From assembly GCF_009914755.1 (NCBI RefSeq), contig NC_060933.1: DNA of 64,000 bases, one strand, 5' to 3'. A program made the position numbers and the translations under genes. Positions 44,001-56,602 of the stretch are shown piece by piece. The notes under the pieces were generated by a model. It saw only the letters and a program-made list of their open reading frames with translations, made no database searches and was not told the origin of the DNA. This DNA comes from the human T2T-CHM13v2.0 reference genome, Homo sapiens. The first letter of the stretch is position 1. Each line of letters starts with the position of its first letter.

Positions 44001-45329
44001 CTGCTGGGCAGGACGAATCCCGGAGATCCCTTCAAATCCATAACTGCCTAGAGCAGTTAGAAACCAGTGGGAATTAGAGACAGAGGGAAAACTGCAAAAA
44101 ACTGAATGAGGAGTCAGATTAACTGATCTCAGGGGCAAAGATTGGGCCTCTGCTCTACGCCAGTCATTGTTTTTCTGGTTTCTCCTTCACTTCTCCTGGA
44201 CTCAATACAAGAAAACTTAGAAAAGAAAGGATATTCAAACCACTTAACTAATTGTATTGTATTTGTCTGTATTGCGAATCGTATTTATTGCATTGTGTTT
44301 CTCTCAGTGTTGGCAGCAGATCTTATTGAAACCCACATGATCCCTAAGCCTCCTCACCCACCTCTCTATTAACTGATGTCCAGACTCTGAGAATACTTCC
44401 AGGAGTGAGGAACTCTGTATCTTCCAAAACTTCCCACTTCTTCTCTGGCCATCATTTCCTTAGGGAATGCCAAAAGTTCCTCCCCAATGTTCCTAAGTGG
44501 ACCAAGTGTGACCAGGGATATTATTTTCTCTTTCTGCGTCTTAATAGAAAACTAAAGAGCTACCTAACTTGCCTCTAACTGACCTTCTCATCACTTGGCG
44601 TTTTTGGGTTCCAGATGTGGACAAGTCATAGGGTGTAAAATTGGGGACATTGTTGCACAGTAACTGTCCCAGTGTAGGAACTATTGAAAAACATGGTCTA
44701 CCTATACCCATTAAGGCTGATCAAACAATATCTTATCCAAAAGGGGCTGGAATTTCTCATGATAATAAGGACACTAAAAGAAGGGCAATCATTCTAGATT
44801 TCAAGCTCTTCTCTCATCAATTAAATGTGTGACTTGTAGCAAATCAATTGCCCTTTCTGAGCTTGTTCACACACTTGTGAAATGACGGTGTTATGTCACA
44901 GAACCACTAAGGTTCCTTTTAGCGTTAACATGTTATATGCCTCTAACATGAGTCCAGCACTCCTTCTCGAAGGAATTTGGCAAAGAAGGAGAAAGAGAAA
45001 TGTTTTTACAAGCAAAATAAACATCAGGAGTCTCTGGAATTGTCACATGATCAAATCTTTATGATGGACAGTAGAGAAACCCGTTCTGGAATATTAAGAG
45101 TAAGATCTAATAACAGTGATTATTGTAGATTATTTATCCTCACCTATTTGATGAATATATTCAAGACTTTGCTTCCTGACAAGCTCTGCACTGAACTCTC
45201 TGGATACTGCAATGAACAAGACAGAAACAATTTCTGTTCTCATAGAACTTACATTTGTGCATGTGTGTTGGGGAAGTGGGAATAGACATTGATCAATTAA
45301 ATAAACAAGCAAGGTGACTTGCGATAGTA

Positions 45330-46190
45330 TATTGGTGAGCAAATGGACTTGATGGCGGTAATAGCAACTGCATTTAACATTAGCTCATACGTGATAAAAA
45401 GTTTGTTTTTAATCATATAAGAGCCCAGACATAATGAATCCCGGGCTGCTATAATGATTCCATAATGTCAGGAAAACTGGTTCCTCCTCATTGCTTTATC
45501 ATCTCTAAGGTGCTTCCCTTATCTGCTTAGCTAAAGATGTAACCATTATTTTGACCTTCTAGCCAGTAGGAAGGAAAGGGAATACGTTTTTTACCAGTTT
45601 ATAATGGTGAGAAGTGCCAAATTTCACTTCTGCTTACCTCTCCTTGGCCAGAGCTTGTCACATGGTTATGCCACCTGCCTGAGGTCTGGAAAATGTGGCT
45701 TTATTCTGTGCAGCCATTCCTTAGCAAAAAATTAAGGGTTCTGTTATGATTGAAGGAAGAAATAATAGATATTGAGGAAAAACAATCATTTTAATAGATA
45801 ATAACAAGTAATGCAAAGAGTGTATCAGCCAGATTAGGCTAGGTGATGCTGCAATAACAAACAATGCCAGAATCTTAGTGGCTTGAGATTCAATGTTGTT
45901 TATCTTAAGTCATGAGGGTGGGGCAGGGGAATCTCTTCCCATCTTAATCACTTAGAGACCCATCTTCAGTACTGCCAGTTATCCTGTCACAGGGAAGAGA
46001 GATCTCTGGAAGTTATTGTATTGGAAATACAATGCTCAATGTAATTAATGTTATTTTTGCTCATAACTCATTGACCAGAACTGGGCATAGATTCCCACCT
46101 AACAAGAAGAAACGAAGCATGTAATCCTATCCAGTTCAAAGAAGGAGATAAAGCTGAAAATCTTTGGTAAACAACACTGGCTACTAACCC
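45330..46190 (-). mobile_element. Two old MLT1 LTR fragments
   Basis: ttggccagagcttgtcacatgg...ctggaaaatgtgg; tgtatcagccagattaggctaggtgatgctgcaataacaaacaatgccagaatcttagtggcttga. Confidence 0.65.
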
Positions 46191-46429
46191 CAAAAAGTAA
46201 TGGGACAGAGATTGGCTTGGATAGAGAGAAGTTCTACTTAAAATGTCATGGCTGCTGGAAGATTTTCTGAGCAGTTAGTGGAGCTGAGACTTGAATGATG
46301 AGAAATAGGTCATAAGCATGTGAAAAATATCTGGAAAGAACACAGTTGTTGTTTAACTCACTGGTTGCTATTATACATAGACGGGTACAAGATAATCAAG
46401 GAGATAAGCAAGGAGATGAATTGGCAGTT

Positions 46430-46620
46430 ATTGTCACCTTAAGGCAACGTTAATAGGTAAGCATTATTACTATCTCAGCTTTAGAGATGAGTAAACAGAG
46501 GCATCAAAGGGTTAAATAATATGATGCAAATCACATAGCTAGGGTAGCTAGGAAGTGACAGCCCCAGAATTTGAACTCGAGCAGCATAACTCTGCAGCCA
46601 AGTTCCAAACCACTAAGTTA
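46430..46620. mobile_element. MIR SINE
   Basis: gatgagtaaacagaggcatcaaagggttaaataa...tcacatagctag...atttgaactcgag. Confidence 0.7.
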
Positions 46621-47409
46621 ATCAGCCAATCCAAGCCCTTTAGGTAGACAGATTCTCCCTAGTGAGAATGATAGGTTTAGGATTAGTCAATTAGGGTATC
46701 ACATAAATTTGGAGAAGAGGCACAGGAGTCAAAGGAGCCCACCAGAGGCCTGCATGGCTCCCTGGGGTCATCAGGAGGCTTCTCCAAAAAGGCTCTCTTG
46801 TGAGTAGATGTTTGTTAAGTGGAGAAGGAGTACGGAATACACAGTCCCAGCAGAGGAAACAGGATCTGCAAGTGCTCATAGACTTCAAATGTGGTTGGAG
46901 AGAAAGGGCTATAGAGAGAAAGTGGCAGGGAATAAGCATGAAAGGTTAGTTGGGGCCAATTTCTCCCACCAAGAATAATGAAGAAAATGCAACAATTATT
47001 CTTTCCAGTTACAATCTCATTACAAAGTGTTCCTGTTTTACTATAAGAAAGCCAGGCCCCCACATACTTCTGGGGCTCATCAGTGAAAACAACAAGCGTC
47101 TCACAGACCCACCCAGGAAAGCAGAGTCATCAGCAGGGACCTGACTTGAGCTAAAATGGACTTGGGCTCAGTATAGGGGGAGAGAAATAAATCCAGGCGT
47201 AAAATACAGGGCCCTGTGAGTCCACATTGTGACATTCAGCCTTATTAACTGTCACTCCTGTCTTGTACAGTAAGGCCTGGAGAAAGAAGTTCACAGTTGG
47301 AGTCAGCCGACTTCGAGACCACTGAGCAAGAGCACAGAAGGAACCATCATCAGGCCACAGGCGGCTGTCACATCAGGAGACCACCAACACCAGAGGGATC
47401 TGGCAGAAT

Positions 47410-47920
47410 ACAGGCAGGACCAAGGACTCCAACACGCTTACCCTGGCCTCCAAGGCTTTGTCACAGACCCAGCCCAACTCCCTAATGGATTTAATTTCTC
47501 ACCACTCTCTTCTGTCCTCATTGCACTGCAGCCTTGCTGGTCTTCTAGTGACACCCACATGCCCCATCTTGGTGCCCCTAATTACCTCCACCTGGAACAC
47601 ACTGTCCTCACCCAGATAGGCACAGGAACAACTTCTCCACTGTACATGTCTCTGTTCAAATGCCACGCCCTCTGAAAGGCCCTATCTGACACCCCTGCTG
47701 ATCTAAATTAGCACCTCTGATGCTTTTCCTTTGCTTATTTGTCTTGATAATACTCACTACTGCATATTGCAGTGCACTTTCGTTTACTCTTTTTCTTACT
47801 TGTCTCCCTGTGGAAGACAATCTCTATGAAGTCATTGTCTACCTTTTTCACCACTACATCCCTACTTAGAATACTACCTGGCATGTAAACAGTGCTTATT
47901 AAATACTTGTGAAATGAAGG
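47410..47920 (+). mobile_element. L2 fragment with 3' end
   Basis: cctctgaaaggccc...cttagaatactacctggcatgtaaacagtgcttattaaatacttgtgaaatgaa. Confidence 0.7.
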
Positions 47921-47959
47921 GATGATTGGCGTCAAGTGGCAGAAACTGGTATACAATGC

Positions 47960-48143
47960 AGGGGCTTGATCACAAGGGACATTAAAAAACAAACAAACAA
48001 ACAAAAACAAAAAAAAAAACAGTTACTCTGGAACTAGGGTAAAAACGGAAACTAGAATTAAGCCAAAGTAATAGAAAGTCACTTATTGGCTGGCCTGAAG
48101 CTCCTTCCATGGATTTTGGTAGGATCAAGCTGAGAGTGGGCCC
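47960..48143 (+). repeat. Local duplicon, segment B only
   Basis: aligns to 49521-49696 (attaagccaaagtaat.gaaagtcactt..tggctggcctgaagctccttccatggattt). Confidence 0.92.
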
Positions 48144-49419
48144 TGTTTCCTTGGGATTGGAGATGGGTAGGTCTAAAGTGGGTGACTAGGATTCTCCTTT
48201 GCTATATTTCTTGAATCCAGTTCATTTTCATCTGAAATATTTGGGGAGTGGAGTGAGGACCTGCTGAGCCCAAAATTGTGGTGTGAACCTCTAGTGCCAT
48301 ATCCATCTATTCCGAAACAGCCCTTACTTCTGGTTTTAGGGTCTGATGGTAGGACCAGAGATGGCCATGATCATAAACATTAGAGGAACTTGGAGCTAGC
48401 GCAACTGGCAGCATCCCTCACCGTGTCATTTTGCCCAGCCTGTGGTTTGCTAAGAGCCTGTCGGCCAGTTTGCCATTCCTGTGGCAGGGCCAATTATCTC
48501 CATATCACAGCAACAAGCATCCGGACCACATACCTTGACAAGCGCCATGGCTCATTAGGACGATTATACACTTGGAGGCTGCCCCCATCAGCGGCTCAAG
48601 TCTTTGAAATGGACTGGAGCCATCCTTAGCTTTCCAAGGTCCCCATCCCATGACTTCTGCCACTCCCATCCCGCACAAACAAGGAACGAGGGTGTGAAAA
48701 TCTATTTCAGTTGTAAAATTGCCAGCATGTAATACTAAAAGAGCTCTGGATTTGGTGAGCTGAGAATAGAGATCAGCTCTTCGCTTTGTTTCTGATTTAC
48801 TGCAGGACCTAAGGTGAATTGTTGAAGATCTCTGAGCTCAGTTCCTCCTCTGTAAAATGAGGTCAAGGGTGCCTGCCTTACCTTCCAGAGTTGTTAGGAA
48901 GATTATTTAGGAAACCATGTGTTCCTCTTGAGCAATGGTTATCATTTGTGACCACTTGTGGGGAGGGAAGGGCAAGAGAGGTAAATGGGCTACTATTTGC
49001 CTTTTTGTTAGGAATCCAGACTCATGTTATTACATAACACTTTCATCATAAGAATAATGCCTGCTCGTTATAGAGACTTGCAGATTTAAATCTCTGGGTA
49101 AAGCAATTTATACCAACTTTTAAAAATAACATTGGCCACAGATCCAACTTTTCTCTTCAAGCCATTTCTTTCCACTGCACCCCACCACAAGCCTTCATTC
49201 TGGTGTTAAATAGTCGATAGGATAAGATTATCATACTACGAGGTGCATATTAAACATGATATCTCTCCCAGTTAACATATGTGTGTTTTAATACTTTTTT
49301 TTTGAAACATTACCGAAGGAATGGCACTAACACAGACTTTCAGGCACAATGATCTTATAATTAGGAATTTAGGAAGGGTCATCATCTACATTATATCCTT
49401 ATTCCTTGAAGTAAATGCA

Positions 49420-49880
49420 GTTTCACAGAGGATCAGCCCACAGAACTTTTCTTCCATCTTTCTGCCACCACTAGCCTCAGAGTCTTCCGGTTTCTTTTTC
49501 TTTGTGTACCCACCACAACCAGGGGCCTGATTGCAAAGGAAAAACAACAACAACAACAAAAAAGTTACTGGAATAAGGCTAAAAGTGGAAACTGAGATTA
49601 AGCCAAAGTAATGGAAAGTCACTTTGTGGCTGGCCTGAAGCTCCTTCCATGGATTTCTCTAGGATATCAGGGTAGGGTCAAGCCTGCAGTGGGCCCAGAG
49701 AATGCAATGGAAAGCCAAACTCAGAGGACAGAAGACAGGCTGGGTTGCTTATTAGCAGGTGAAGAAGATTATTAAAATTGCATGTTAATTATTTCCTCAA
49801 GTTTTCTTCATCTGCTGATTTCTATTGTCTCCTGGCTTCTTGTTCAGAAATGTAATCTCAGACCCCACCAATTCCGGAAG
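49420..49880 (+). repeat. Local duplicon, segments A+B+C
   Basis: A and C align to 53189-53469; B aligns to 47960-48143. Confidence 0.92.
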
Positions 49881-51109
49881 TATACATGGTGGGATAGTTG
49901 CTGGCCTAGGAGGCGGATAGCCTGGCTTTGAAGCCTGGCTCTGCCACTTTCTTGACCTTGTCAAAGTTATTGACCCTCCATCATACCCTACCCCACACTT
50001 CCCAAGCTTTAGTTGCCTCACTGCACAATGAGTAGGGTTGGGGAGGCAATGTCTAAACCTTTTCCAGTACCATGATTCAATACATTCTCAATTGATTTCA
50101 TTTCAATTAATCTCGATTCAATCCAATTTGCTATATTTCAATTCAATTATTTCCATTTAGTTTAGTAATTCCATTTCATTCAGTTGAAGTCAATTCAAAT
50201 AAACTAAATTCCACTGACTCCAATCAGATCCCTGTTTTCCTGGTGTCTGAAGCAATTTCTAGGGCTTGAGGGCTTGAGAATCTAAGACTGAGATGTGGGG
50301 AGGGGAAGGGCAAAAGGAACTCCTCCATGACCCCAGTCTGGATTCGAGTAAGTTACCACTGGAATGCCTGGGTCTGTAAAGGAGAAAGCCTGAAGCATTG
50401 GAAAGAGTACAGGATTAAGAATTAAGTGTGGCTGCATATGGCCTTAGAGGTCTTGAACCCATAATAGGCAATGAACAAATGCTATTGAATAAATAGATGA
50501 ATAAATGAATGAATTTAACTACTAAGTGACTGAATTTAAATACAGTACATATTGAGTGAATTGAAATACTTATTGAGCCAATGAATAAATTTAAATGGGC
50601 AAATTCCTAATTCCTCTCCCTCCACTCTGGCTTTCTAGATGTCCTTGGTCAAGTCACATCACCTCCTTATTGCCACGAGAGAACTGAAGGTGCTGCCCTA
50701 GGCAGTCCAGCTCTAAACCCCAAATCTGGGATTCTGTGAATCCTCTTCTCCTGCTCTCTTCTGCCCTGGCCAGGCTCTCCCTGTGGGCCAGATATCTCCT
50801 CCAAGGAGCAGAGCTGGAAGAACAATGCCCTGTGATTGGCTTCGGTGGCTTCCCCAAGAATAGAGCAGCAGGTGAGCAGGTGGAGCCCTGATTGCAAGGC
50901 CCTGTGATGAGCTGAGAGGGACTGATTAGTTCAAGCCTCTTAAGTCAAGTGGTTCTGAAATTCCCGTGAGCATGTCTCTCCCCTCAGTTCCTGGCCCTGG
51001 AGCTGCATGTTCTGCCTCCCACAGCAGCCACCCTCCTCCATCTGATGATTTCCTTTGTGTTCCCTTAAACTTCTTGGAATTTAAAGAGTTAAAAAAGAAA
51101 GAAGCAAAT

Positions 51110-51270
51110 ACCTGGTGCTTATTATATGCCAGGTAGAGTCCTCTGATCTTCACAAAATCCTTATGATGGCCTCTATGAGATGATGTCATTATCACCTCCA
51201 GTTTACTAATGAAACAACAGAGGCAGCTCAGAGAGGGAAGTCACTGCCCAAAGTCACACAGCAAGTGACT
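51110..51270. mobile_element. MIR SINE
   Basis: cattatcacctccagtttactaatgaaacaacagaggcagctcagagagggaagtcactgcccaaagtcacacagc. Confidence 0.75.
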
Positions 51271-51892
51271 CGTGAAACCTTCAAAACCAGAAGAGATGAT
51301 ACGCAAACAACAGGGTAATAGGCATGCCATGAACATCAGCTCCCTACCCTGTCTTCCTCAGGCCCTGGTGTGCCCAGTGAGACCTCAACTCACCATCTAT
51401 TTCCATGGTCCTTAGATGCTGGTCAGCCTGATGCCCTAGTCTCCCTCCCAGGTGTGGAAGCTGAATCTTTCCTCCCAACCCAGAGGCAACTCGGCTCAGG
51501 AAGCAAACTCCAGTGTTCTGAACCCTCCATCATCCTCCTGGCATTGAGGCCGTGCCTCCTTTGGTCAAGAGCTAGGCCACCTTTCAAGTCTAATAGGGTG
51601 AGAGTCAGGCAGGCCAGGCCAAAGTCAAATTGAGCAGAAGGTGGAGTCTGTAGGCAGGCTGCTTTGACTCCTACACCCCAGGCACCCAGTTGTGAGACGT
51701 CCATGTCTAAGAGACTCCTAGCATCAGATCATACCAACCGAGAGCCTATCCCTCACTTTCATCTCTGTAACAGAGGGTGGGGGCTGATGGTGAATCAGAT
51801 ATAGGTATCCATCCTAGAGCTGCTTACTCTATTATCTCCCCTAGGTAATTTGGTTCTGTAAGCAAATTCAACAACCAAACAAAAAGTCTAAT

Positions 51893-52137
51893 AAATAGAA
51901 ACAGAACTATGGTTACCAGAGGTTGGGGGCGGGGAAGGAAACAGGTGAAAGGGTACAAATTTGCAGTTAGATAAAATGAATAAGTCTAGTGATTGAATGC
52001 ATGGCATGAGGACTATAGTTAATAATGGATAACTATGGAAGGTAATGGATATGTTAATTTGTTTGCCTGTAGTAATTTCACTGTGTATATCAAAACATCA
52101 GGTTGTATACCTTAAAGATATATAATAAACAAATAAA
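51893..52137 (+). mobile_element. L1MA/MB-type 3' end fragment
   Basis: atggttaccagaggttgggg...aaagggtacaaatttgcagttag...aagtctagtga...gactatagttaataat...caaaacatcaggttgtataccttaaa. Confidence 0.8.
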
Positions 52138-52570
52138 TTTTGAGAAAAGACCCTCAAGGAGGAAGGAGTGGAAGAAACAACCAAAGTTGATTAAGGTGGT
52201 TCTCAAACTTGAGGGTGTGTAAGAATCCCCTGTGATGACCATAGATAAAATTAATTTGAAGACTCACTTTGAGAGATTCCTCACTCACCCATTTATTCAT
52301 TCATTTGTTCTTTTATTTTCCTATCATCAAGTACTGTTCTACAGACTGGAGACACAGCAGCAGAAAAGTTCCTACTTTCAGGGACAGGACAGAAGCAGAG
52401 AAAACAGACAATAAAAAATAAGTAAATGCCAGATGGTAATTGTTATGGGAAAATTTGAAGCAAAATAAAGGAGTGGAGAGGCCCTAACAGGAGCAGATCT
52501 GGGATTTCTATTTTTTATAGGTACATCAGGGGATTCTAACACAGGAATCCCTGGACACTTTAAAAAAGGG

Positions 52571-53167
52571 TGGCTGGGTTGAATGGTAATTCTGTGTTTA
52601 GGTTTTTGAAGAATCAACATAGAGAGAAACAACAGACACTGGGGCCTACCAGAGGATAGAGGTTTGGAGGAAGGACAGGATCAGGAAAAATAACTAATGG
52701 GTACTAGGCTTAATACCTGGGTGACAAAATAATCTGTACAACAAACCCCTGCAATATGGTTTGGCTGTGTCCCCACTCAAATCTCACCTTGAATTGTAAT
52801 AATCCCCAAGTATCAAGGGTGGGGCCAGGTGGAGATAATGGAATCATTGGGGCAGGTTTTTCCTGGGCTGTTCTTGATAGTGAATAAGTCTCATGAAATC
52901 TGATGGTTTTAAAGAGGGGAGTTCCCCTGCACATGCTCTCTCTCTTGCCTGCCGCCATATAAAATGTTCCTTGCTCTTTTGCCATGATTGTGAGGCCTCC
53001 CCAGCCATGTGGAACTGTGAGTCAGTTAAACCTCTTTCCTTTATAAATTACCCAGTCTCAGATATGTCTTTATTAACAGCATGAGAACAGACTAATACAG
53101 GCTGTGACATGAGTTTTCCTATATAGCAAACCTGCATATGTATCTCTGAACTTAAAAGTTAAAAAAA
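52571..53167 (+). mobile_element. Old L1PA (PA13-16-like) 3' end with a 5' inverted segment, split by THE1C
   Basis: 52571-52615 is antisense L1; 52616-52751 and 53105-53167 are sense 3'UTR; TSD aaaaaagggtggct / aaaaaagggggct. Confidence 0.88.
52752..53099 (+). mobile_element. THE1C-like MaLR solo LTR
   Basis: atatggtttggctgtgtccccactcaaatctcaccttgaattgtaataatcccc...gagaacagactaataca. Confidence 0.93.
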
Positions 53168-53188
53168 GGGGGCTTACTCTATGTCACG

Positions 53189-53469
53189 GTTTCATAGAGA
53201 ATCAGCCCAGAGTACTTCCTTTCCATCCTCCTGCCACTAGGCTTAGAGTCTTCTGGTTTCTCTTTTTTGGGAGTGTACCCAGACAGAGAATACAATGGAA
53301 AGTCAGCATCAGAGGAGAGAGGACAAGCTGGGTTTTTTATTAGAAGATCAAGAAGCTTATCAAAGCTTGGTGCCTAATTGTTTCCCCAAGTCCTCTTCAC
53401 CTACTGATTTCTATTGACTCCTGGCCTCCTTTTTAGAAATCCAGCCTCAGACCCCACCAATTCTGGAAG
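53189..53469 (+). repeat. Local duplicon, segments A+C (B absent)
   Basis: aligns to 49420-49512 and 49696-49880. Confidence 0.9.
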
Positions 53470-54259
53470 ATTTATGTGGCAATTTTATTTAAGGCTTGTA
53501 CCAGTGAAGGTAGTTATTGTTATCATTATTCACATCTAATAGATGGAAAAGCCAAAGCTTAGAGAAAAGAAAAATTTTCCAAAGTTATCACAGCTAATAG
53601 GAAAGTCTGACTTCAGATCCTGCTTATTTCCTCGTATAACAAATTAAGGAAAGGTGAAAACTACCAAGAGCATAGCCAGCTTCAGAGCTTATGCATCTTT
53701 CCCATTGCCCTTCTAATGCTGTCAAAACCTTCCCTATTTGCAAAGCTCATTCTAAGCCTTTGTCCCATTTGAGGTTCACAACTCTGAGGAGGAAAGCATT
53801 GCCCCTGTCCCCTGCCCCCACCCATCAGTCACACAGTGGTAGGCATTGACAAGTATCATTGCAGATACATGAAAACCCTAATCCAAGTCCTTCCTTATTA
53901 GGTTCATCTACCCCAGAAAATGGGAAATGGTCTTGCTGATACACTTAAGGAGACTCCTGGGTACCCAGGTGTCCAAACAGAGCTTTTGGCTTTCCCTACC
54001 CCATAGGGTTTCCCTACCCCACAGTTATACAACTGGCTGTCAAGCTTGGTTCTCTGAACCTCAGCCTCTTTCCCTTACTTCCCTTTCAGCTCAACCTCTC
54101 TTCTGAACTCTCAGTTTCTGTCTAAAGAGCTGCTCCAAGCACTCTTTTAGACAATGTCTGAATAGCCACAATAATAAGCACTTGGCTGACACATAGTAAG
54201 TCCTCAATACATATTTATGTAACAAGGGGTTGAATAAATGACTAATTACAACTAATATT

Positions 54260-54480
54260 TTTAAGTGATTACCATGTTCCAGTGCCATGTTAAGCACCTT
54301 TGCATTTAATTCTCACAAGAGCCCTGTGAGATAGGTACTATTTTCATTACTCTATTTCACGTAAGAGGTGACTGAAACTTGGAAAGGTCAAGTTATTCGC
54401 TCAGGTTCACAAAGCTAGGAAACAGTTTGCAGTTGCACCTGTGTCTGTCTGCTTCCAAAGCTCATGCTCTCAACCATGAT
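54260..54480. mobile_element. MIR SINE
   Basis: tttaattctcacaagagccctgtgagataggtactatt...actgaaacttggaaaggtcaagttattcgctcaggttcacaaagctag. Confidence 0.8.
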
Positions 54481-54786
54481 CTATAATCAGAAAACAAGAT
54501 TATATCATCATAATCTTCTTCCTGGTTAGCTTTGCCCATGACCACTGCCTGGAAACTTCTGCAGCATTATAAGAAACCCTGGATTAGGTCATCACAAATA
54601 ACAGCTCAGAGCAAGACTGAGTTTTCTCCACTCTTTTGGCCACTATACTTTGGACTCTCAGAAAGCTCATTTTTAGGCCAATGTGATACCTAATGAGCTC
54701 TCTTTAGCTGTGATCCCATCAGCTTCTTCAGTCTTCATCAACCTACCCTGATGCAATGTGAGCATAGCTGACAGTGATCTAACTGA

Positions 54787-55312
54787 TGGTGGTTTGGTAA
54801 CGTGACCACAGCAATTAAAAAAAAAAATTCAGCCCATCGAGAAGTAAGTCTATGTCCCTACCCATGGACTTTTGGCTGCTTTGACCAACAGAGTAGAAAG
54901 AAGTGTTACCATGTGACTCCTGAGACTAGCTCATAAAAGTTCACGTGGCTTCTACTTTTATTTTTTAACTGGAATTCTCACTCTTAGAGTTCCTGAATAA
55001 ACGTGTAAAAAGTTAGAATACCTGGGAGGTCAACATGCTGTGGGGAAGCCCAATTCATATACAAAGGTCAGGGTAGGCACTCTGGTCAATCTTTCTAGAA
55101 TGAGCCCATCCTTTGAGTCATCCCAGCCCAGCAGCCAGACAAAAAGCCTCTTCCCAACTGAGGCTCCAGACATTGTAAAGTAGAGATAAGACATCCGCAC
55201 TGTGCCGCATCCAACTTCCTTATCTATAGAATCCACAGCATAATATAATGGTTGTTGTTGAAGTTACAAAGTTTTTGGGTGGTGTGTTTCATAGCAATAG
55301 ATAACTGAAACA
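54787..55312 (+). mobile_element. MLT1H-like solo LTR
   Basis: ggctgctttgaccaacagagtag...ccaactgaggctccagacattg...gggtggtgtgtttcatagcaatagataactgaaaca. Confidence 0.8.
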
Positions 55313-55344
55313 TCATCTACCTAGTATAACTCAATAGTATAGTG

Positions 55345-55570
55345 TAATTGTTGAGTATTTGGCTCTGGAGTCACGCAGAACTGGGTTTGTATTATAGAAT
55401 ATGACATTTCCTAAATTAGGCGAATTCTTTCACTTTTCTGACCTTTACTTTTCCCATCTGTAAAATATTAGTAACAATATTTCAATCCAGGAACTATTAT
55501 AAGGATTAAATGAGATGATGCATAAAGATCTACTTAGATAGTGCCTTGCATATAGTAAGCACTCAGTATA
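55345..55570. mobile_element. MIR SINE
   Basis: ggctctggagtcacgcagaactgggttt...aaggattaaatgagatgatgcataaag...catatagtaagcactcag. Confidence 0.8.
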
Positions 55571-56247
55571 TACTGGGTCAGATTATTATAACTGAATATC
55601 TTAGTCAGTGCAGTTATTATTGCTTTACTTTATGAAAGAGGAAATCAAAGCTATGAGAAGTGAAATGACTTCACCAAGGGCACATCACCAATCAGATTTT
55701 CTAACTCCTTGTCCAGAGTGTCAAGGCCTTGCCAGCATGGACATGGCTAGGCTCTGGAGGGAGCCAAATCATTTTCAAGGGGCATAGGAGATGATAAAAT
55801 ACTTCTCAAGGGTTAGACAAGCACCAAAGGAGACAGTAGAAATAGTGCAACTTCTTTCCCTCTGTCCCGACATTCATGGAGTTCCAAGCACCAAATTAGG
55901 GACATCTTCCAAATACATTCCCAAATCAGCTTCCCTTTAAAGCAAAGCTACAAAAAGACATGGCACTCTAAATGCCACCCCTTCCCATGCTGGTAAGCAG
56001 CTTATTTAGCCCAGCGTGTGGCCATCTTATGAACCCAGAGAAGAGAGGCTGCTGCTGGGAATTATCTCTAGGAGTGCTGGGGGTGAGCGAGTCACTGTGA
56101 TGATGAGGAGGGAGAAGCAGGGGAGGGGCAGGGAACAGCTCAGGTGACTGCACAGGGACAGGAATCCCCACAGAAGTATGGTGAGGGGCAATGTGGGAAA
56201 GGCAAGGGTTGGGCATGAATTTTCACGGACATAGAAACTAGAGGTTT

Positions 56248-56602
56248 GGCAGGTGCGGTGGCTTGCACCTATAAGCCCAGCAACTTGGGAGGCCAAGACA
56301 GGAGGATTGCTTGAGGCCAGGAGTTTGAGACAAGCCTGGGAAACATAGCAAGACTTCATTTATACACACGCACACACACGCACACAAACACACACTTCTT
56401 TTTTTTTTAAATTAGCTGGGCTTGTGGTCCATGCCTGTAGTCAGTCCCAGCTACTAAGGAGGCTGAGGTGGGAGGGTCACTAGGGCCCAGGAGTCAGAGC
56501 TACAGTAAGCTATGATGACACCACTGCATTCCAGCCTGAGTGACAGAACAAGCCTCCATTTCTTAAAAAATGAAATAGAAATAAAATAAAAAATAAAAAT
56601 AA
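56248..56602 (+). mobile_element. AluJ with (CA)n + poly-T in the central linker
   Basis: J diagnostics (aggattgcttgaggccagg); TSD agaaactagaggttt / agaaaccagaggctt. Confidence 0.9.
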
